64,000 nucleotides of DNA from Naegleria gruberi. Its lineage: Eukaryota. The position numbers and the translations under genes were made by a program. The notes beneath the pieces are model-generated. The model was not told the DNA's origin. It did not search any database and saw only the letters and a list, made by a program, of their open reading frames with translations. This document shows, one piece after another, positions 1 through 10,600 of the stretch. The stretch lies in assembly GCA_000004985.1 (NCBI GenBank), contig GG738905.1. One strand, written 5' to 3'. Position 1 is the first letter of the stretch. Each line of letters starts with the position of its first letter.

Positions 1-415
1 ACACAATCTTTGACGTGCAAGTAGATAGAACTCACAGAATAGTATGATATTGAGCCAATTTAGAGCATTTTGAAATTTCTTTGGAAATTATAATCATAAA
101 TGGTGCTTAATTTTCCAAATCATTGAATAAATAAGAGTAAAGAATTATTCATGCATGAAACAATTTGTCACTATCTCATCCAAACAGTTCTGCAATTATC
201 CAAAGCATCTAATTTCTCTATTCTCAATTTTCATATCCACATGTCACGTTGATTATTAGATTTTCCTCCCTTAAAAGGTTTGTAGTATTGTGCACAATAA
301 TTAAAATGGGATTGTGTTTAGCCTATCTACAAATCTTTTTGGCAGTATAAATTGGATGCTATGTTGAGAATCCAATAATCAACAATTAAAAAACAAACAT
401 ATCAATACTGCTAAA

Positions 416-1672
416 ATGTCTACAACAACTAATTACACTGCTGAACAATATTCATTGAAAATCAATGGTCTTGAAAATCTTCCTCAAATCAATGAAACTA
501 AATCTAATAGAGTCGATGAACTGACTAACATGATTTTGAATGAACTGAAAATTAATCAACTCTTTCCAAACGCTCAACTCAAAACTGCCATTCAATATGT
601 TTCCACTGTCTTCCAACAATGTAAATTCCCAAACAATGACTATCATACTAAAGGAATCAAGGATGTTTGCTTCTGGACATGTCTGTGTTTCCCTGAACTT
701 GATTCCACAACCCTCAATCTATATTCATTGATCATGTCCTACTTGTCTGTGGTTGATGATGCCTGTGATTCTGAAAAGGATATTGATGGTTTTTTAAGAG
801 CTGAATTACAAACACATATTAATTGTTTGAATAATAATGAAAAATGTACAAACCAACAATCTAATCCATCTATTGAACTTGCTCGTTTCATTATTAGCCA
901 AATCAAGAGTGTATTCAATTGTGAGCAATCCAATTATTTGATTCAGGGAATGGTTGAATTCTATGAACATTCCTATCAAATTGCCTCAATGTGGGCAAAT
1001 GACCAACATCCAACACTGGAACAATACATTCAATTGCGAGAATATGATTCATTGACAGATATGCTTCTCAAATTGAAGTTAGTCACCAACATGCCATCCC
1101 TTAATCTTGGCTTATCTAGATATTTCCAATTGTGTTGTCATTTATCTTCGATGATTAATGACATTTGTTCACTCCCAAAAGATTTACATTCATCCATCTC
1201 GAATAACTATGTTCTTCTCCTTAACAATCAAACAGTTAACATGGAATATGCCTTGACTAACTGTATCGAAGTATTGAAAGAAATGAAGAGTTTGGAACAG
1301 ACAGAATGTGAACAATACCATGATTTAGAATCAATGAAATCAATAGCAAGAGGATACGTTGGTTGGTGTTTCAAATCTCCTCGTTTCCAACATGCCAATC
1401 ACTACATTTCCTGTCTCTTGAAAGACAATTCATCAGCATCATGTTTCATCCTCCTCTTCGTGTATTACCACACAGAGAAAGGAAGACACTCCAATCACCT
1501 ACTTGGATGTAATCATGAGGAGACAAGCCTTCACCAGAGAAGTAAAATCAACAACAACAGCTACAACAACACCATCATCAGGAGAAGTAGTTGTAGACTT
1601 GAAGTCTCCAATCAGTCCGGGAAGAAACACTGCCATCTAAGAAGAAATTTGGATGAAGCAATCTTTTTGTAA
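416..1672 (+). CDS. Putative class I terpene synthase-like protein; 3' end of model uncertain
   Basis: 418-aa ORF starting at an ATG. DDACD (a DDxxD Mg-binding motif) sits at about aa 113 and NDICSLPKD (an NSE/DTE-like second metal motif, with D in place of E) about 135 aa downstream, which is the spacing typical of class I terpene cyclases. The last ~80 aa are low-complexity, so the true C-terminus probably ends earlier or crosses an unrecognised intron. Confidence 0.35.
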   Translation: MSTTTNYTAEQYSLKINGLENLPQINETKSNRVDELTNMILNELKINQLFPNAQLKTAIQYVSTVFQQCKFPNNDYHTKGIKDVCFWTCLCFPELDSTTLNLYSLIMSYLSVVDDACDSEKDIDGFLRAELQTHINCLNNNEKCTNQQSNPSIELARFIISQIKSVFNCEQSNYLIQGMVEFYEHSYQIASMWANDQHPTLEQYIQLREYDSLTDMLLKLKLVTNMPSLNLGLSRYFQLCCHLSSMINDICSLPKDLHSSISNNYVLLLNNQTVNMEYALTNCIEVLKEMKSLEQTECEQYHDLESMKSIARGYVGWCFKSPRFQHANHYISCLLKDNSSASCFILLFVYYHTEKGRHSNHLLGCNHEETSLHQRSKINNNSYNNTIIRRSSCRLEVSNQSGKKHCHLRRNLDEAIFL

Positions 1673-2594
1673 ATATTAAATTGTATTATTATTGTTATTA
1701 TTCCTTTCAATTTATATCTTCTTAAACGTTGATGATGAGAAGAAACAAGGCTATGTGTTGGACAAATACTTTGAGAATGATATGCTGATTCACTAATCAT
1801 TGTACTTCCAAGCTCAGTGCATCATACATACCATATGTATTCTTGCCGATAATGGTAATTCTCTTCTTCGACCTTTAGATAATCATGTTGTTATGCCATC
1901 ATAAAGCTTCTAAATTTTTTAAAATATTATCGATAAAACATATTTTTATTTAATAAAAAATTGAAAACATTTCTACTAACACATTGCCATGTCATTCTTT
2001 ATCATCACAACTTCGGAGCAATAATGATTAGAATACTACCTGCCATCCGACTTTAATGTATCATGTTAAAAGCTCTTCAATCCTATAAACAATCTATTGG
2101 AAGGAGATACCAGCTCTACTAGAGAATAAAAGCATCCATCATGATTATTTCAAATAATCAAACAGCAGTGTTCGTCTCTTACCATCATCATTAACATTCA
2201 ATCGAGTTGAGAACCTAACCATTGATGTTCTTGTGAATGTGTTAATTATAATAATAAATCTAACCTTGTTCATTAATCTTATTGTTGTCAATCTTGAAAT
2301 CAAGTGAAAAAGTCCAACATGACTGCAAAACCAAACAGTATAATGTTGTTTGATGTATGTACATCAAACAGATCAGCTCGCCAGTCTAGACTATTCATCA
2401 TTAACCTTTTTATTTTTTGTAAACTTTTTCATCCAATAATTTTTTTTCACAGAGTGGATCCAAATTTTATAACGTAATTATTTTGGTCTTCCGTTACTTT
2501 TTCCAAAAGGCGGTGGACTTGTCGATAACTTATTTAAAGACTGGAAATATTTTCAAATCAAAAAAAACAACAACTAATCAAACAACAAAACTAA

Positions 2595-2915
<321 letters not shown>

Positions 2916-3144
2916 GTACATTAGCTGTACTTGATCTGTTAATCATCAAACGATCTAACTTTTAAAAACCCTAGATTTGTAAATATATTCATCATCAAAC
3001 AACAATTAAATTATAATTTAAAAATTAATTTTAATTTGATTTTTTTGGATTAATGACAATTATAATGTGAATGAAGCCTTCGGACGTTTTTGGAGATTAA
3101 CAATGAATGTGAATTCAATTGAGTTTATTAACACTGGAATAGAG

Positions 3145-4484
3145 TTATTCATCAAAAGGTATTGGAGGTTCGTCTATTGGTTCATCTTCAATAGGCATTG
3201 GAGGTTCATCTAATTCTTCCTCATCTTCAGGTGGTATTGGAATATCTTCATCCTCTTCTTCAGGAGGTATTGGTATTTCTTCTTCATCCTCTGGAGGTAT
3301 TGCTATATCACCCAATTCTTCATCGTCTTCTGGTGGTATTGGTATATCTTCATCATCCAATGCAACTGGTGTAATTTCCTCCTCTTCTGGTGGGATTGGT
3401 ATTTCTCTTCAATAATTGGATGTTCTTCATGAATGATTTCTTCTTCTGGTGGGATTGGTATTTCTTCTTCCTGTGGAGGAATTGGCAATTCGTCAAGCTC
3501 TAAAACGTCCTCAACTTGTGGAGTTTCTAATATTGTTGGCAGAGTTTCTTTAGGTTGTTGAGGTGGAGCTTTTCCAAGTTGAACTGGTGCCAAAACTGAA
3601 ACTCTTCTTCCAGCATCATCCAGTCTACTTGAAATTCTTCCAACAGGTGTCTTTTTTGGAGGTTGTTGCTGAGCTGGTTGAGAGATTCCCAAAGATTTCA
3701 TTCTATCCTTCAAACTTACACCTCCTGAATTTAATTCAGCTTGTTTCTTCTCCCTTTCCAATTGAGCTTTCTTTTCTTCCTCCTCTTTCAAACTTTCATA
3801 GTAACGTTGTTTTCTTTGGAAGAGGTACTTTCGTCTCACTCCTTGTAAGTGTTCCAAATCCTTTTCTCTTTTCAGAGTTTGTTCTCTAGCCTTCTCGAAT
3901 TCTTCCTTATTCTTTTCAATGTATTCTTTTTGTTCCTCTTCTATTTGTTCCTTTGATTTATCAAAAGCCTATTGAAATTTAGAAAGTATTATTCAATGTT
4001 AAATTGTGAATGATTACTAACCCTTGGAACATTATCTGTATATCCCATTTCCTTAAGCACATAATATACATTTCCTTCTTCATTCCAATCAACAAATTCC
4101 TCATATCCCTATAAATTAATATCAACATGACGAGTTGCTTAGAGAAAATCCGATATTGTTCAACCTACACCAATATAAATATCATTAATAAACACCTGTG
4201 GAAGTGTTCTCTTTCCACTTGTTTGTCTAACAAATTGTGCCTTTTCAGTGTGTTTTCCCAAATCCACTTTGTTATATCTTACATTAAGGGTTTTAAAAGT
4301 TTGTTCTAACCATTTGCAATGAGCAAGTGATTGTGGAACAGCTCCAATATAAGTTGTAAAAACTAAAGTTTATCAATAAATATATTCTCCAATCTGTTTA
4401 AAATTGTGATGATAACCAACCTACTAAAGGACATGGTTCTTCCTCAACCACTTCCTTCTTCACCTTCTTTTTCTTTCCAACCAT
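3145..4484 (-). CDS. SH3BGR-like protein: glutaredoxin-like fold lacking CxxC, with a Glu/Pro-rich repeat tail; multi-exon
   Basis: Minus-strand exons join to MVGKKKKVKKEVVEEEPCPLV / VFTTYIGAVPQSLAHCKWLEQTFKTLNVRYNKVDLGKHTEKAQFVRQTSGKRTLPQVFINDIYIG / GYEEFVDWNEEGNVYYVLKEMGYTDNVPR / AFDKSKEQIEEEQKEY...(IPIPPEDEEE)n...PFDE. Introns lie at roughly 4120-4178 (GTAGGT...AG) and 3969-4021 (GTTAGT...TCAATAG). PQVFINDIYIGGYEEF closely matches the PPQIxNGxxYCGDYExF core of the SH3BGR family, and the acidic PxxP tail is the family's glutamic-acid-rich extension. There is a frameshift in the repeat tail between ORFs 3303-3857 and 3145-3360. Confidence 0.55.
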
Positions 4485-4798
4485 TTTTTTTAATGATGAT
4501 AATTTTGTTCACCCCTTAATGTTATTTGGTCACTGTAAAACGGAACATTGTTTCTGAGATGACAATTGAGAGAAGGTGTTGTTTTAGAAATTATTATTTA
4601 TTCCTCCACCCAATTATTAATGTATTGATTTTGGTTCGGAAATTTATCTTGTCTCGTAGTGAGTGGCCTTAGTTTTTGAAATTTCCCATCTAAAGGTTAT
4701 GTGTGAGTAGTACAATTGTTAATTATTATTGACAAGAAAGTTGTTTGTTGGTGGTTTTAAAAAGTGATTTCTTGTCTGTGTGAATTTCACTAAAGAGT

Positions 4799-5563
4799 TT
4801 AAGCTTCATGACTGAGAATGTATGGGTTGACGACAGCTTTCACTTGCCAATCAGATTCAGTATTTTGTCTAAAGAATGAAACTATACCAATCTTGTGAAG
4901 AGGTGATCTCTTTCCACTAACAATATTTCCATCTTCATCTTCCAAGTAGAGAACTTCCTTGAATTTGTACTAATTGATTTAATAATGACAAGTGTTAAAT
5001 ATTGAACTTACTCTAACATTGATAATAGTTTCACCATCAGCATCAACTCTAATATTCAAAATTTCAGTTTCACCAAGGTTTTCAAGACTGCCAACTATTT
5101 TACAATGTTTTTCTTCGGTAATAAATTTGTACCATTCCTTGAATCCTTCATAAGCAGATTGAGTAAACATTGGTTCGAGTTGAGTTGGATCTTCAACGAG
5201 TAATTCTCTAATAGTTTTAAAGGCTTCCTTGGCTCCTTCAATAAATTCCTTTTCATTAAAATCAGCATCCCATCCCATCTTGTACAATTTCACATCATAT
5301 GAATATCCAGGATGTCTAGCCAAATCTGATGGCTCTACAGATGTTCCGAAAGAAAGCAACTCCAACATTCTTTTATCTTCATCCAAAACCTTTTCCAACT
5401 CGGTAAATTGTTTAAATAATTGTGGTTTCTTTTCGTTATTACAAATTGATGAAATATGGAATCCTCTCAAACTTGATGAAAAAGCAATAGTGCTCTTTGT
5501 AGTAGCTACAACTTGCTTGAATGTAGCTGGTGGTGAAATTTTACTGATGACTCTTCTGTACAT
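4799..5563 (-). CDS. Mitochondrial-targeted protein, possibly Tim44-like/MRPL45-like; 2 exons
   Basis: The 194-aa ORF 4979-5563 ends at a GTAAGT donor. A 42-nt intron (about 4970-5011) joins in frame to YKFKEVLYLEDEDGNIVSGKRSPLHKIGIVSFFRQNTESDWQVKAVVNPYILSHEA*. The N-terminus MYRRVISKISPPATFKQVVATTKSTIAFSSSLRG looks like a mitochondrial presequence. The family call is weak. Confidence 0.4.
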
Positions 5564-5691
5564 TTTTTAAGCTAAAAATATAAATTTCCTTCCATCATTA
5601 TTATTAATTCATAATTATAATAATATTTATTTAATTAATAATATTAATAATATCAAGTTTTATAATAAATTAATGTGGATTTATTTTACAA

Positions 5692-6078
5692 TTAAAAGTA
5701 TTGAATTGGGGAAGTTTGAGTTTCACCAGACTTGACTCCGTGCAAAGTCTTAGTACCAGAGAAGTGAGCATAAACTCTAACATGAATAACATCATCACCA
5801 GTATCAACTTTAACACTATTTAGATCGGAATATGTGAGATTAAACTGTATGTTGTGTTTTACTTACAAGTAATTAGTTCCGGCAACAACTTGAGTAGAAT
5901 ACTTTAAAGCTTCATATTTAGACAATGTCTTTCCAAGCTTTTGTTCGACTTCAGTCTTGACTGAATCAATAACTTGTTGAACTTCATTATCAGCAGTCTT
6001 TTCTTGACCAATTCTGAATGAATTGTTAATACGATCAAATTATTAAAACAAATTGATACAATACCCTCCAACGACCAT
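5692..6078 (-). CDS. Cystatin (stefin-like cysteine protease inhibitor); 3 exons
   Basis: The minus-strand exons give MVVGG / FGQEKTADNEVQQVIDSVKTEVEQKLGKTLSKYEALKYSTQVVAGTNYL / FVKVDTGDDVIHVRVYAHFSGTKTLHGVKSGETQTSPIQYF*. The N-terminal conserved Gly, the QVVAG motif and the stefin length are all present. Introns are GTATTG...TTCAG and GTAAGT...AAATAG. The ORF track missed this gene because the exons are small. Confidence 0.7.
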
Positions 6079-6302
6079 TTTGAGATTTTTGAGATTTTTT
6101 TCTTGTTTGATTATTTTTGAAAATCTTGCCACGCAGTTTTAATATCTGTAAGAAATGTTACCACACAAGTAAGGTAAAAGGACAAAGTTCACTCATTCCC
6201 AACACAAGTTTAAGGCCAGGTTGTTGACAATCTCAACCAAGTTATAAAAAGGAAGCAACAAATCAATCTATATTGTAATAGACAAATAATTGTTTATGAG
6301 CA

Positions 6303-6375
6303 GCCCCGCTAGCTCAGTCGGTAGAGCGTTGGACTTTTAATCCAACGGTCGTGGGTTCGAGCCCCACGTGGGGCG
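6303..6375 (+). tRNA. tRNA-Lys (anticodon UUU)
   Basis: 73-nt cloverleaf: acceptor gccccgc/gtggggc, D-arm gctc-agtcggta-gagc, anticodon stem ttgga/tccaa with loop cTTTTaa, T-arm gtggg-ttcgagc-cccac. No intron. Confidence 0.9.
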
Positions 6376-6418
6376 GTTGCAGCTTTTTTGTTGATTTCTT
6401 TGTGGGATGATTCATGTT

Positions 6419-7384
6419 TTATTCAAAAACACAGGTGATATCTGAAAAGATTTCACAACAGGATTCAAAAAGAGTAAATTCTTTCAATCTAATAAAATGG
6501 AGCATATCGCCATTAGCTCTTAACAATAATTTTGACCTATTATCAAATCCAATGAACGCTGTCTTGAACTCAATTAATTTATCCTCCAATATAATCATAT
6601 TATCTTTTAAAGTAACTAAATAGAATACGCTATCATACATCCCTGAATGTGCTTGTATCATAGGATAATACCAATCTACAGCAAGATAGATATAACCGCA
6701 TTCATCCTGAGCTACTGATTTCACTTGATGAATAGTTGTTCTCTTTAACTTGTTGAGCATCATTTGTTCAACATTGATTGTAGAACTTGTTTCAAAGGTC
6801 TTCTTGTCAATGTAACAAATCTCTGCTTTGGAAGAAATTGAAATAATTTGATTGGAATTCATCTTATTCATTTGCATGTGCGAAATTTTTTGAGGTGGAT
6901 TTAAGATTTTTCCTATTTCCTTACCATCACTCAAAGATAGTACAGTAATACCCTTGTCCACATATAAAAACATTTGATTATCATGATGATCGATACACCA
7001 TTTCATCGAATTTTGTTTCTCTGAAGGTATTGGAAAATTCCACGCCACTTGCACTTTGATATCTCTGCTCAAATTCCATCTCTCAAATCTCCCCTTACCC
7101 TTGTTGAATATGACCAATGAATCTTCATCAATGAAAGCAGCACTTGAGATGGAAACAACTGGATTTGTAAGCTTGAATTCTTTCATGTAAATCATATTCG
7201 TATTTTTAACTTGGGAAATTGAGAGAAGATATGAATTGACACTCAAAATTGAGAATGTCTGTTGATTGGCATGCATAGCCAAGACAGAATTTTTCAATAG
7301 TGTGTGCGGAGGAAAGATGATAGAACGTGTGTGTAGTGGAAGAGGGCTTCGTTTCGTTCGCGTTGGGAATATTGGTTTTGACAT
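6419..7384 (-). CDS. Hypothetical protein
   Basis: Track ORF 6419-7414. The first ATG gives MSKPIFPTRTKRS... No recognisable motif; possibly beta-rich. The long ORF in an AT-rich genome supports coding. Confidence 0.4.
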   Translation of the reverse strand: MSKPIFPTRTKRSPLPLHTRSIIFPPHTLLKNSVLAMHANQQTFSILSVNSYLLSISQVKNTNMIYMKEFKLTNPVVSISSAAFIDEDSLVIFNKGKGRFERWNLSRDIKVQVAWNFPIPSEKQNSMKWCIDHHDNQMFLYVDKGITVLSLSDGKEIGKILNPPQKISHMQMNKMNSNQIISISSKAEICYIDKKTFETSSTINVEQMMLNKLKRTTIHQVKSVAQDECGYIYLAVDWYYPMIQAHSGMYDSVFYLVTLKDNMIILEDKLIEFKTAFIGFDNRSKLLLRANGDMLHFIRLKEFTLFESCCEIFSDITCVFE

Positions 7385-7564
7385 TTTTTTTTTGATTGAT
7401 ATTTCACCCAGCAATTTTTAATGTACTACTTTCTTTGAAATTCTTAGAACTTTTCAATTTCTTTGTAACAATTTAAAAAAGTTTACAATTTATGAAAAGG
7501 AAAATAAAGTTCATCATTTGACAAAAAAATAATTGGCAACCAATTTTCTGTTACCTCTTCAGCA

Positions 7565-9025
7565 ATGCCGCAGCATATTTTCTCTGTATTATCATCGGAT
7601 AGTGTCTTTGATATTTGCAAATTTCTGAGTGCTTCCGATATTGTTTTTAATGTTCGATCGGTGTGTAGAGCCACTTATCAATGTATTAATATTCATCAAG
7701 AAGAAAATGGTGGTGAGGATAATACAAAATATGATGATCGATACATTAGGTTGATTGGATCAAATTTGGAGGGTTATGATGAATGTCTGGGAAAGTATTT
7801 GCATTTAGGAAGATTATTGAACGAGAGAGAATTGAGGATTGTTGAAAATTTGGATGGAGCAATTACTGATAGATATGAAAGAGCTAAAATTAAATTGAGA
7901 ATGTCTTTGAGATTCAAGTATATTGAAATGACTTTCAAACCATATGAGGATGGTCACTTTATGATTAGAGTGACTAGATCAGCGTTACAGGGATTTGATT
8001 CAAATCAAAAAGATACTAATCCTATTGTAGAACAATTTAATGATATATTGAGGAGATTTAAGGAAATATCACTCTATCGGACATTATATTCGAAATTGGT
8101 GAATGAAAATGATTATGTAGTTTTAATAGGAGTTTTTAATGAAGGAAAACCATTCATTAATGACTTACATTCCTTTAATTGTAATTTTGAGCAAAGAGAG
8201 GCTCTTAATCTTTCATTTGAAGGAAGATTGTTATCCCTTGCTTCTCAAAGGAGGTCTAATTATTGGAAACACTTTTCAGATTTTAGAATATTTTTGGAAA
8301 TTGTTGATTCTGTGCTTGGTCAAAATTATTTAGATGATATGAGCTCACATACAATTATAATGGTATCTCAACAAGAATTTATAATTCCAAATAGGACTTT
8401 AATTATTGATTTGAATAGCACATTTGATTATGGTATTGATGATAGGCAAATTAACAAAGTAAGAGATGTGCCATGTACATTACATTGCCGAGTTAATCCG
8501 TTCAATAGGCAACTTATTTATCAACCATCTATGATTGAACAAAGCATTACAATGAATCTTACAAGTATTGCCTTATTTTGTGGAATCGGACTTTATCTAG
8601 GAGGCTTACAGTATTTTACACGGATTCCATCGTTTAGATTTACCAGAGATTTATATTTTACCAAAGATTCAAATCAGATAATGCCATGGATTCTTATTGC
8701 TATAGATTGCTTACTTGGATTTTCTGCATCGTTATATTTTACTGGAACTGAATTTTTTGTGGAAGAAGGAGATTTAAAGAAATTGACTTACTATTCCTAT
8801 TTAGCAAAATGGATAGCTTGTGGTTTCGAATGTGGAGGAGATCCTTGGTCAATGATGAAATGTTTGCATTTACCACCATTAGAGATTGCTCATAACGTTG
8901 TTGGTTTTGGTAGTTTTGCTGCTCTAGGAATTATATTATACAATGAATTTGATACTCTCATTCAAGCAACAATGAGCTCATTTTCCTATTGGAAATCCAA
9001 ATATTTAGGTACTAAAAAAGAATAA
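7565..9025 (+). CDS. Hypothetical membrane protein with F-box-like N-terminus
   Basis: 486-aa ORF. The N-terminus IFSVLSSDSVFDICKFLSASDIVFNVRSVCRATYQCI resembles an F-box. There are three or four hydrophobic helices in the C-terminal third. Confidence 0.4.
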   Translation: MPQHIFSVLSSDSVFDICKFLSASDIVFNVRSVCRATYQCINIHQEENGGEDNTKYDDRYIRLIGSNLEGYDECLGKYLHLGRLLNERELRIVENLDGAITDRYERAKIKLRMSLRFKYIEMTFKPYEDGHFMIRVTRSALQGFDSNQKDTNPIVEQFNDILRRFKEISLYRTLYSKLVNENDYVVLIGVFNEGKPFINDLHSFNCNFEQREALNLSFEGRLLSLASQRRSNYWKHFSDFRIFLEIVDSVLGQNYLDDMSSHTIIMVSQQEFIIPNRTLIIDLNSTFDYGIDDRQINKVRDVPCTLHCRVNPFNRQLIYQPSMIEQSITMNLTSIALFCGIGLYLGGLQYFTRIPSFRFTRDLYFTKDSNQIMPWILIAIDCLLGFSASLYFTGTEFFVEEGDLKKLTYYSYLAKWIACGFECGGDPWSMMKCLHLPPLEIAHNVVGFGSFAALGIILYNEFDTLIQATMSSFSYWKSKYLGTKKE

Positions 9026-9456
9026 TTTATTGGCCAAACAACAGACAACTACATGAAAGCAATAACATACAAATGTAAATATTAATTTTTACACGTAATT
9101 ACATAGGAATACATTCAATTAGAGTATCCACACGAAATGAAGCAAAAAGATTAGATGTACATGGTTTGTTATTTCACTTAATTATTAGACGGGAAGCCTG
9201 CCAGGAATATGGCGACTGTCCCGCTACAGTCTTTGACTGTATGAACTGTGAGGTACGTCGTCTTTCGAGTCAGTAAGAGAGAGTGATTGGAGAAAGAGAG
9301 GATGAGTTAGTTCATTTATTGATTTTGAAATTGATCACCTAGATAAAAAGTATTTTGGGTAAAAAAATTCATAAATTGATCTCTAAGATATTGTTGACAA
9401 TAAGGCAAGACATCCGTTATTATAATATTAGGGAAATATTAAAATCAGTAGTGAGA

Positions 9457-9528
9457 TCCCGTGTAGTCCAATGGCTAGGATACCTGGCTTTCACCCAGGA
9501 GGTCCGGGTTCAATTCCCGGCATGGGAG
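9457..9528 (+). tRNA. tRNA-Glu (anticodon UUC)
   Basis: 72-nt cloverleaf: tcccgtg-ta-gtcc-aatggcta-ggat-a-cctgg-cTTTCac-ccagg-aggt-ccggg-ttcaatt-cccgg-catggga-g. Very close to canonical eukaryotic tRNA-Glu. Confidence 0.85.
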
Positions 9529-9628
9529 GATGTTTTGCCTTTTAATACCGACTTGCATCCTTTGTTGAAATTGTTTTGCAATAAGAGTTTGCTTTATTAA
9601 GGTATTATAAACATTTGAAAATAAGTAT

Positions 9629-10600
9629 TTACAAAGATGGTTTGATGATTGGCTTTGATGACTTCTTACATGTCTTTCTCTTGATACAAATCTTCTTCTT
9701 AATTGACTTACAACACTTCTTCTTTCCACCAACTAATTTAAATTTCTTACAAATCTTCTTTCCCTTTGAACGTTTCAAGCACTTCTTATAATACTTCTTC
9801 TTGATACATCTTGGAGGAATGACAATTGTCTTGGCACAATACTTCTTCTTTTGATATTTGACACATTTAGAAAGAGTCTTCTTGTGCTTACAGAACTTGA
9901 TAATCTTATGTTTGGCACAGAAGAATTTCTTCTTAATGAGACAACATTTCTTAACTGATTTTCTTTCCTTACAATATTTAACCTTCTTATACTTGGCACA
10001 TTTCTTTGCCCATGAAACAATCTTACACTTTTTAACATATCTACATTTGGAAACCTTCTTATTGTAGGAATCAACAGTGTACTTGTCGCAAACCTTCTTC
10101 TTTTCACATTTTTTGATTGGAACCTTCTTGAATTTCTTACAGACCTTCTTAACACCCTTCTTGAAACACTTGTTAATAATCTTATGTTTGGCACAGTATT
10201 TCTTGTAACCCTTCTTGATGCAAATCTTCTTAGTTCCATAAGAATCACAAACTTTCCAATACTTCTTCTTGGCACAACCAACAATCTTGTATGCATGCAA
10301 GACGCACTTCTTTGTTGGCTTGCTATACTTGTCACATTTGGAATATTTCTTATGTTTGAGACATTTACCAGCACCGACAATGGCATATTGATCACAGACC
10401 TTCTTTTGACCAACGAGCTTGTGTTTTAAACACTTCTTAATCCACTTGTGCTTTAAGCATTTTCTCTTACAAATTCTTGGCTTGTGATACTTGTCAACAA
10501 CGACGACTGGAGGTTTGGCTTGATAGCTGTCACTTGCTTGAACTGAGAGGACTGCAAGTAAAAGTAGAAGTGCAATTGAAAAGATTAGATTTGCTTTCAT
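9629..10600 (-). CDS. Secreted Lys/Cys-rich repetitive protein
   Basis: Predicted signal peptide MKANLIFSIALLLLLAVLSVQA, followed by about 300 aa that are roughly one-third Lys and more than 10% Cys, organised as about 30 degenerate repeats of the type CxKHK / KKCxKxKK. The opposite-strand ORF 9775-10413 (Arg/Ser-rich) is the complement artefact of this gene. Confidence 0.55.
   Translation of the reverse strand: MKANLIFSIALLLLLAVLSVQASDSYQAKPPVVVVDKYHKPRICKRKCLKHKWIKKCLKHKLVGQKKVCDQYAIVGAGKCLKHKKYSKCDKYSKPTKKCVLHAYKIVGCAKKKYWKVCDSYGTKKICIKKGYKKYCAKHKIINKCFKKGVKKVCKKFKKVPIKKCEKKKVCDKYTVDSYNKKVSKCRYVKKCKIVSWAKKCAKYKKVKYCKERKSVKKCCLIKKKFFCAKHKIIKFCKHKKTLSKCVKYQKKKYCAKTIVIPPRCIKKKYYKKCLKRSKGKKICKKFKLVGGKKKCCKSIKKKICIKRKTCKKSSKPIIKPSL

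Noticed and set aside
3563-3889. 108-aa plus-strand ORF overlapping the SH3BGR-like gene
   Set aside because: Antisense to a repeat-rich, well-supported minus-strand exon. Its composition (F/L/V-rich) is typical of the complement of a Glu/Lys-rich coding region.
8139-8333. 64-aa internal plus-strand ORF in another frame of the 7565 gene
   Set aside because: Out-of-frame overlap with a much longer ORF. No support.
9775-10413. 212-aa Arg/Ser-rich ORF on the minus strand
   Set aside because: It is the out-of-frame complement shadow of the Lys/Cys-rich gene on the same strand. The AAG/AAA-rich coding strand gives long open CTT/TTT-derived frames. It has no start context or independent signal.
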